From a virus, in IMG/VR virus record IMGVR_UViG_3300043579_000184, positions 1 to 35,314 of that record: 35,314 bases of DNA; one strand, 5' to 3'. Shown here piece after piece: positions 28,962-35,314 of this stretch. The translations under genes were made by a program, and so were the position numbers. How positions within the stretch are numbered: the first letter of the stretch is position 1; each line of letters starts with the position of its first letter. The notes below the pieces were generated by a model. It did no database searches. It saw nothing but the letters and a program-made list of their open reading frames with translations, and was not told the origin of the DNA.

Positions 28962-31900
28962 GTGGCTCAGGTCCGCTGGTATCTCAATAACACGACGATT
29001 GACGGGTGGCAGCTCCTTGACCAGAGCGCTGCCACGGCTGCCACGCTCCCGAACGGATGGGTGGTCGGCACCGGCGCGACATTCAGTTCTGAACTGGCGT
29101 CTGGTGCAGCGGGTGACCGCGCGTCCACGACGTTCACGGCCAACACCGTCCCTGACGGCACCCTCGACACCACCCTGAAGGATGCCTGTCGGTCACAGTT
29201 CGCGTGGACGGGGAACTTCGCGGCCGGGAACTGGACGTTTCAGTTCGCGGTGGTGTCCACGGTGCAGTCGGGGGCCGCTGACGGGCAGATTGTCTTTCGC
29301 GTCCTGAAGGCCAATGCCGACGGCTCGGGGGCGACCGAGATTACGACGGGCCAGCAAGCGACCACGGTCGCCACGAACGTCGCGGGCACGGACGTAAACA
29401 TCACCGCGACATGGGCGGCCCCGGCGTGGTCGATCACCAACCAGTACATTTTCGTTCAACTCGCGTGGAAGCGGACCGGTGCGGGTGGCATGACCACCAC
29501 CAACATCCGGCTCCGCACCGGCAGCAGTACGACCGTGGGCACCACGGGGCTGACGGCGAACTTCACCGAGTCCCTCCTGACAGCGTCGGTCTTCGAGACC
29601 GTCGCGGTTAGTGAGTTCCGGAAGGCGGTCCTCCCGCAGCTCACGGCAGTCGAGGTCGAGACGGTCAGCGTCACGGAGCTTCGCAAGCCGGTCCTCCGTC
29701 AGCTCGCGGTCCACGCCGCCGACAGCGTCGGTGTGAGTGACAGTGCCTCAGTGACTACGGCAGGTGGTGGGGGCGGGCCTGCCGTGATCACGCTCGTCAC
29801 GTCGGGACACGCGCATGGTAACAGCGGCGCGTTCGTCACCGGTCTCGACATGACGGGCGTGGACCTGATCGTCCTCGTGGCTGCGCGCTACGACAGCGGC
29901 CCGGCCTACGCCATCAGTGATAGCGAGAGCAACACCTACGTCCCCGGCACGGCGCAGAACAACAGCTCGGCGTTCACGCAGGTCCGTGCGTTCTATGCGT
30001 GGAACCCGACCGTCAGCGCGTCGATGGACTTCTCGCACCCCGGCGCAGTCAACTACGCCACGCTGGTCGTGCTCGGGTTTGCGGGGGTGGATCGTCTGGC
30101 CGATCCGCTGGTGACGCAGTCTGGCCTCGGTAGCTACTCGGCGGCCAACGGTCCTGTGGCGGTCGGCTCTATCGCGTCCTTGGCCGCTGGCGATCTGCTG
30201 GTGTCGGGCGTCGGGCAGTATCCGGATCGGCCGACCAACTGGACTACGGTCACGTTGCCCACGTCGGTGCTCGCCGAAATTGACGTGGGCACGGCGGGTG
30301 CGACCTTCGGCGCGTCAGCGGCCTATCACGTCAATGCGACCGGCAGTGCCGAGTCCTCGCTGACGCCGACGTGGACACCGGACCCCGTCGGGGCGAGTGA
30401 TGTCTACATCGCGGGCGTCGTGCTGACGTTCCGCGCCGCCGTCGGAGCCCCGCCGGGGGGACTCACGGTCACCGTCGCCGAGACTATCGGCGTCACCGAG
30501 AGTGCGTCAGCGGTCCCGGCTGACAGTGCGCCTCCCGCGCTTGAAGACATCGTCTTCGACTCGGCCAGCACCGGTGGCACCAACGGCGGTACCGGCTCAC
30601 TGACGTTTGCGTTCAATAACGTCGCTGGTGACCTCGTGGTGGTCGGCATCCGTCGGGCGAATGCATATGACCTCACGACGGTGACGTACGGTGGCGTAGC
30701 GATGACGCTCGCCGCTGCAGAGACTTTCGCTTCGTCACTGGTGAAGACCTATCTGTACTACCTCGCGGCTCCTCCGACTGGCACGAACAACGTCGTCGTG
30801 AACGCCAGTACCAACCAGTTGATGCATGGCGTAGCGGTTTCGTATAGGAAAGTTGACCAAAGCGACCCACTCGACGCGCTTGGCCTTGACAGGTTAACCG
30901 GCACGTCGCTGACCCTCGGCACGACGACCTCACTTGATAAGTGCTGGGCGGTTGCCGTCGCGACGAACCTGTCCGGTATTACCCCCAGTGCCGGGGCCGG
31001 AACGACGCAACGCGCGGTCGATAGCAGCGGGCAGGTGTCGTTGTACGACGGCAACGCGGCGGTCTCCCCTCCCGGCGCAACGAGTCTGGAAGTTCAATTC
31101 AGTGCGTCCGGTGCTGTTGCTGGGGTGCTCGCGACGTTCATCCCAGCCGTGGCGAGCGTGCTGCTGCTCGACACCGGCTCACGGCTACTGCTGGACGCGG
31201 GCGGTCGATTGCTGCTTGCTGGAGTCGCCGCCCCGCCGGGTCCACCGCTGACCATCACGGTGGCTGACACGGTCACGGTCAGTGACCCCGTCAGTGTGGA
31301 CTTCGTCGCCGCCTCGACCGGCGGGCTCTCCATCGAGTACGACTTCACCACCGAGTCGGATGTCATCCCGCTGCCGGACCCGCCATGGCAGGCGGTGGTC
31401 GGGCAACTGAAGAACGCCAGCGGGCAGGCCACGCCGGTGGCGTTTGGGGGCATTCAGGCGGTTCGCTGGAATCCCAGCACCAATACGTTCGACCAAGACC
31501 AGTTCATGGAACTGCTGGTCGGCGCGGGCTCCGCCACCGCTGGCTACCAGCAGTTCCTCTTCGTCCGTGGGTCAGGCACGGACGCCACCTCGTTTCACGG
31601 GTATGTCCTGTACTGGGGTGATGGCTACGGGGGAGCCATCACGATTGGCCGCATCGAGAGTGGCGGGTTCGCCGTTCTGCAGGTCTGCACCGGCTCCGCC
31701 GAAGTCGGCAAGTGGCTGCGGCTGGAAGTCGAGGGCACGGTCCTCCGGGCCTACAAGGAAGGCGCACTCATCGGCTCCGCCGCGACGACGGGCACGTCTT
31801 ACACGGGTCAGCCCGGGTTCGGCGGCTACTACGTCGGCTACGACAACACCGACACGGTGCGTCTGGGCGAGCTAGGGGCCCCGGCCGCCGTGCCGTCGGT

Positions 31901-34355
31901 GGAGACCATCGGCGTCACCGACAGTGTCAACGCCGTCCTCCGCCAGCTCGCGGTGCACGCGGCGGACGCGGTGGCGGTCACCGAGCTGCGCCGTGCGGTC
32001 CTGCCGCAGCTCGCGATCCATGCCGCTGATGCGCTGACGGTTGCCGAGTCCCGCACGGCGGTCCTGCCCCAGCTCGCGGTGCACGCCGCCGAGACCATCG
32101 GGGTCGCGGAGCTTCGCAAGCCGGTCCTGTCCCAGCTCGCGGTGCACGCGGCCGAGGCGCTGACGGTCACCGACGTAGTCACGCCGCAGCTTCGGACGGT
32201 CCGGCTGAAGGTCGCGGTGGCCGACGCCCTGCTGGTGACCGAGAGTGCCAAGGCGGCGCTGGCCCAGCTCGTCGTGCGCGCGGCGGACAGCGTGGCGGTC
32301 GCGGAGTTCCGCCGGGCGGTCCTCCCGCAGCTTGCCGTTCATGTCGCTGAAGTCCTGACCGTCACGGAGTTCCCCAAGGCGGTCCTCCCGCAGCTCGCCG
32401 TCCACGCCGCCGACACGATCACCGTCGCGGAGGCGGCCTCGGCCCGGTCGGCGGTGCTGGCGGTCGCGCGGGCCGACAGCGTCTCGGTGGCCGACAGTGT
32501 CAAGGCGGTCCTGCCCCAGCTCGCGGTGCACGCCGCCGAGACCATCGGGGTCACCGAGAGCACCAAGCTGGTCTTCCCGCAGCTTGTCGTGCGCGTGGCC
32601 GACAGCGTAGCCGTCGCTGAGTTCCGGAAGGCGGTCCTGCCCCAGCTTGCGGTCCATGCGGCGGAGGCCCTGTCGATCACCGACTTCCGGAAGGCCGCGC
32701 TGGGCCAGCTCGTCGTGCGGGCGGCCGAGATCGTCACCGTCGCGGAGTTCCCCAAGGCGGTCCTGCCCCAGTTGGCGGTTCACGCCGCCGAGACGATCAG
32801 CGTCACCGAGGCCCGCGCGACTCGCCTGCAGCCGCTGGTTGTCCGGGCGGTCGAGACGATCACCGTCACCGACTTCCTGACGGCCGGGGCGGCGGCGATC
32901 AACGCCTCGGTCTTCGAGACGATCACCGTCACCGAGGCGCGGGCGACTCGCCTGCAGCCGCTGGTGGTGCGCCCGGCCGAGGCGGTGGCTGTCCTCGACG
33001 CGGCGAGCGCAGTGCTGCGGACGGCCCGCCTGAAGGTGGCGTCTTCTGACGCCATCGGCGTCACCGACAGCCTCAAGGCGGTCCTCACCCCGCTTGCGGT
33101 CCATGCGGCCGAGGCGCTGACGGTCACGGAGTTCCGGCGGGCCCTGCTGCCCCAGCTCGCGGTCCATGCGGTGGAAGTCCTCACCGTCGCTGAGTTCCGG
33201 AAGGCCGCGCTGGGCCAGCTTGCGGTCCGGGTCAGCGACAGCATCGGGGTCACCGACCCGGTCAGCGCGGAGGTCCGTCTCGCGGTCGGCGGCCAGTCCC
33301 GGTCCGAGGCCGTGGGCGTCACCGACGCGGCGAGCGCGGCGCTCCGGACCATCCGCCTGTCCGTCGCCGTCAGTGAGTCGGTCGCGGTCCTCGACAGCAT
33401 CCTGCTGGGCCAGAAGCTCACGCTCACCCGGTTCGAGGCGGTCACGGTCACCGACAGCGTCAAGGCGGTCCTGCCGCTGGTCGTGCGGGTGGCCGACAGC
33501 ATCGGGACCACCGACAGTGTGCGCCGGGGCCTGCAGCTCGGGGTGGTCCGCGCCGAGGCCATCGGGGTCGCCGACAGCCCCAAGGTGGCGCTGCGGCCGC
33601 TGGTGGCCCGCCCGGCCGAGCTGGTCACCGTCACCGACAGCGTCATTGTCCAGCTTCGGACCGCCCGGCTGACGGTGGCGTCAGGTGACGCCGTCGGCGT
33701 CACGGACGTGCCGCGTCTGGTGCTGCAGCCGCTGGTCGTCCGGGTGGCCGACAGCGTCACGGTGGCCGACGTGGCCCGCGCCGGGGCCGCTGCGATCAAC
33801 CTCGATGGTGGCCAGACCGTCACGGTCACCGACAGTGTCAAGGCGGTCCTCCCGCAGCTTGTCGTGCGCGCGGCGGATGCCCTGCTGGTCACCGACACCG
33901 TCAAGGCCGCGCTGCCCCGGCTCGTGGTGCACGTCGCCGACAGCGTCTCCCTGACCGACGCCGTCCGGGCCGTCCTGCCCCAGCTCGGGGTCCACGCCTT
34001 CGAGACCGTCACCGTCGTGGACGCGCCGCCGAAGCCGGTCCTGCCGGAGCTGCGGGTGGCGGTGGCCGAGGACGTGGCCGTCACCGACCGGGTCATGGCG
34101 GCCTTCGGTGTCCTCGCCGTGGACGAGGTTACAGTCACCGAGGCGCTGGCGCTGAGCTTCACGCCTGTTACTCACTTTGTAGTCGCTGAACTGAGAGACG
34201 TGGGCTCGCGCTCGCACCAGTACGGGATTCTGGTGGGCGAGGAGTTCGACGGCGAGCTGGTCGGCATGGCGGGCGGCGGGCGGCTGGCGGGCCCGGACTG
34301 CGCGGGCACGCTGGTCGGCGGGGTGGGCGGGCGGCTGGTGCGCGTGGAGACCTGA
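28962..34355 (+). CDS. Large modular virion fibre/adhesin-like protein with about 20-aa repeats
   Basis: 1797 aa; A/V/T/S-rich; many AVHAA(E/D)TxxVTExxKAVLPQL repeats; beta-sandwich modules including a ConA/LamG-like one (LRLEVEGTVLRAYKEG...GQPGF). Confidence 0.85.
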   Translation: MAQVRWYLNNTTIDGWQLLDQSAATAATLPNGWVVGTGATFSSELASGAAGDRASTTFTANTVPDGTLDTTLKDACRSQFAWTGNFAAGNWTFQFAVVSTVQSGAADGQIVFRVLKANADGSGATEITTGQQATTVATNVAGTDVNITATWAAPAWSITNQYIFVQLAWKRTGAGGMTTTNIRLRTGSSTTVGTTGLTANFTESLLTASVFETVAVSEFRKAVLPQLTAVEVETVSVTELRKPVLRQLAVHAADSVGVSDSASVTTAGGGGGPAVITLVTSGHAHGNSGAFVTGLDMTGVDLIVLVAARYDSGPAYAISDSESNTYVPGTAQNNSSAFTQVRAFYAWNPTVSASMDFSHPGAVNYATLVVLGFAGVDRLADPLVTQSGLGSYSAANGPVAVGSIASLAAGDLLVSGVGQYPDRPTNWTTVTLPTSVLAEIDVGTAGATFGASAAYHVNATGSAESSLTPTWTPDPVGASDVYIAGVVLTFRAAVGAPPGGLTVTVAETIGVTESASAVPADSAPPALEDIVFDSASTGGTNGGTGSLTFAFNNVAGDLVVVGIRRANAYDLTTVTYGGVAMTLAAAETFASSLVKTYLYYLAAPPTGTNNVVVNASTNQLMHGVAVSYRKVDQSDPLDALGLDRLTGTSLTLGTTTSLDKCWAVAVATNLSGITPSAGAGTTQRAVDSSGQVSLYDGNAAVSPPGATSLEVQFSASGAVAGVLATFIPAVASVLLLDTGSRLLLDAGGRLLLAGVAAPPGPPLTITVADTVTVSDPVSVDFVAASTGGLSIEYDFTTESDVIPLPDPPWQAVVGQLKNASGQATPVAFGGIQAVRWNPSTNTFDQDQFMELLVGAGSATAGYQQFLFVRGSGTDATSFHGYVLYWGDGYGGAITIGRIESGGFAVLQVCTGSAEVGKWLRLEVEGTVLRAYKEGALIGSAATTGTSYTGQPGFGGYYVGYDNTDTVRLGELGAPAAVPSVETIGVTDSVNAVLRQLAVHAADAVAVTELRRAVLPQLAIHAADALTVAESRTAVLPQLAVHAAETIGVAELRKPVLSQLAVHAAEALTVTDVVTPQLRTVRLKVAVADALLVTESAKAALAQLVVRAADSVAVAEFRRAVLPQLAVHVAEVLTVTEFPKAVLPQLAVHAADTITVAEAASARSAVLAVARADSVSVADSVKAVLPQLAVHAAETIGVTESTKLVFPQLVVRVADSVAVAEFRKAVLPQLAVHAAEALSITDFRKAALGQLVVRAAEIVTVAEFPKAVLPQLAVHAAETISVTEARATRLQPLVVRAVETITVTDFLTAGAAAINASVFETITVTEARATRLQPLVVRPAEAVAVLDAASAVLRTARLKVASSDAIGVTDSLKAVLTPLAVHAAEALTVTEFRRALLPQLAVHAVEVLTVAEFRKAALGQLAVRVSDSIGVTDPVSAEVRLAVGGQSRSEAVGVTDAASAALRTIRLSVAVSESVAVLDSILLGQKLTLTRFEAVTVTDSVKAVLPLVVRVADSIGTTDSVRRGLQLGVVRAEAIGVADSPKVALRPLVARPAELVTVTDSVIVQLRTARLTVASGDAVGVTDVPRLVLQPLVVRVADSVTVADVARAGAAAINLDGGQTVTVTDSVKAVLPQLVVRAADALLVTDTVKAALPRLVVHVADSVSLTDAVRAVLPQLGVHAFETVTVVDAPPKPVLPELRVAVAEDVAVTDRVMAAFGVLAVDEVTVTEALALSFTPVTHFVVAELRDVGSRSHQYGILVGEEFDGELVGMAGGGRLAGPDCAGTLVGGVGGRLVRVET
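31895..34160 (+). repeat. Intragenic tandem repeat, about 60-nt unit, roughly 35-40 degenerate copies
   Basis: Recurrent aaggcggtcctgccccagctcgcggtgcacgccgccgagaccatcggggtc-like units. Confidence 0.85.
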
Positions 34356-34805
34356 GTGGAACCCCAGATTCTACGGCTGACCGGCGTCGAGGTGCAGATC
34401 GAGCTGTACCGGGGGGCGACCTCGACCTTCGATGCCTACCTGACCTATGCCAACAGCGCGCCGGTCAACCTCGATGACCCGCCGCGCCGCGTCACGCTCA
34501 AGATCACCGACCGGGCGGTCGGCGGCACGCTCAAGTACGTGCAGGTCAACGAGCCGGGCGCGCACACCAATGCGACGGGGGGCCAGACGCGCTTCTCGAT
34601 CCCGCCGACGGTGACCGAGGGGCTCACGGCCGAGCGCTCCTACACGTGGAAATACCTCATCTTCATGGAGGACACGACGACCGGCAGTCGCTACCCGTTC
34701 TTCCACGGCGACCTGCGGGTGCTGACGCCGAACGCCCCTCTGTTGACCGAGGCGCTGGGGGTGACGGTGGCCGACGAGATCGGTCTCGGGGATTCGCCTG
34801 TATAA
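34356..34805 (+). CDS. Virion structural protein (BppU N-terminal/Ig-like)
   Basis: IELYRGAT..F......PVNL...G..RF.I....T......KY.I...FHGDLRV pattern. Confidence 0.7.
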   Translation: MEPQILRLTGVEVQIELYRGATSTFDAYLTYANSAPVNLDDPPRRVTLKITDRAVGGTLKYVQVNEPGAHTNATGGQTRFSIPPTVTEGLTAERSYTWKYLIFMEDTTTGSRYPFFHGDLRVLTPNAPLLTEALGVTVADEIGLGDSPV

Positions 34806-34806
34806 C
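34799..34806 (+). promoter_or_regulatory. TGTATAAC motif, copy 4
   Basis: Overlaps the upstream TAA; 9 nt before ATG 34816. Confidence 0.45.
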
Positions 34807-34815
34807 CTAGCCGAG

Positions 34816-35058
34816 ATGTCGCTGCTCAAGTTTCGGCCCAAGACCCCGCTGCCTCCGACTAAGCCCCCGGCGACGGCGCGTATCAAGTACGGCCTGTATC
34901 CGGTGGGCGACGAAGTGTTGATGAGTATGCCGACCTTCGAGGTGATCGTGCATGTGCTCTCGAACACGACCGACGAGGGCCGGGAGCTGGCGCAGCAGCT
35001 CCGGCGGATGTACGACTCGCCGTTTGTCGGCATGAACGGGGGCACCAGTGACGTATGA
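34816..35058 (+). CDS. Hypothetical protein
   Basis: 80 aa ORF. Confidence 0.6.
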   Translation: MSLLKFRPKTPLPPTKPPATARIKYGLYPVGDEVLMSMPTFEVIVHVLSNTTDEGRELAQQLRRMYDSPFVGMNGGTSDV

Positions 35059-35314
35059 GATGGTGTTCTACCACGAGCCGCCCATTGAGGGCCGCCGGAT
35101 GTGTCTGGCCAACATCGGCGGTGTCTCCAGCCGGGAGGAAGCCGAAGCGGTGGCGCGCGAGCGCTGGCCGGGGATCGTCCGGTTCAAGTGGGTGCGGGTG
35201 CAGGTGAAGATCCGGAAAGGGAAGCGCGGGCGGGGCCCGCAAGCCCTGCCGGTCGAGTTGCCGTCGGACCTGACCGACCGGATCCGTCAGGCGGCGGCGA
35301 AGGCGGGGGCGGCG
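35048..35314 (+). CDS. Hypothetical protein (3' truncated)
   Basis: GTG/ATG start overlapping the previous gene; frame (MVFYHEPPIEGRR...) open to the window end. Confidence 0.5.
   Translation, partial: MTYEMVFYHEPPIEGRRMCLANIGGVSSREEAEAVARERWPGIVRFKWVRVQVKIRKGKRGRGPQALPVELPSDLTDRIRQAAAKAGAA

Noticed and set aside
31838-34217. Long minus-strand ORFs opposite the giant fibre gene (and similar ones opposite dnaB and polA)
   Set aside because: Antisense shadows expected from high-GC3 codon usage and repeats; no SD or protein-like composition
27002-34355. Diversity-generating retroelement targeting fibres
   Set aside because: No reverse transcriptase and no TR/VR pair with adenine-specific mismatches seen

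Overview
A 35.3 kb, high-GC fragment of a tailed dsDNA bacteriophage or phage-plasmid. Almost all genes are on the + strand. (1) 1-9045 is a replication module: partial SNF2 helicase, degenerate DnaC-like loader, DnaB-like helicase, stand-alone CHC2 zinc-finger protein and family-A DNA polymerase. A promoter- and terminator-bounded noncoding unit sits at about 2354-2740. (2) 9046-10507 is a mostly noncoding, lower-GC hinge with a XerCD dif-like site, IHF-like palindromes, several hairpins and a visible C-to-G strand-skew switch. (3) 10508-21512 is a dense array of more than 35 tiny accessory ORFs, punctuated by a fixed-length 40-bp repeat. The repeat combines a sigma70 promoter, a palindromic operator-like core, an anti-SD arm and an SD, and its -35 box usually supplies the stop codon of the upstream gene. 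This array also holds a structured noncoding region ending in a CCA-tailed tRNA/tmRNA-like element with no canonical anticodon arm. (4) 21546-35314 holds virion/tail genes interleaved with a methyltransferase, a J-domain protein, an HD-like protein and a GT-A glycosyltransferase, plus a 1797-aa modular repeat fibre protein. The most novel candidates are the promoter-cassette array and several structured RNAs. Protein assignments come from motifs recognised by eye; no searches were run.
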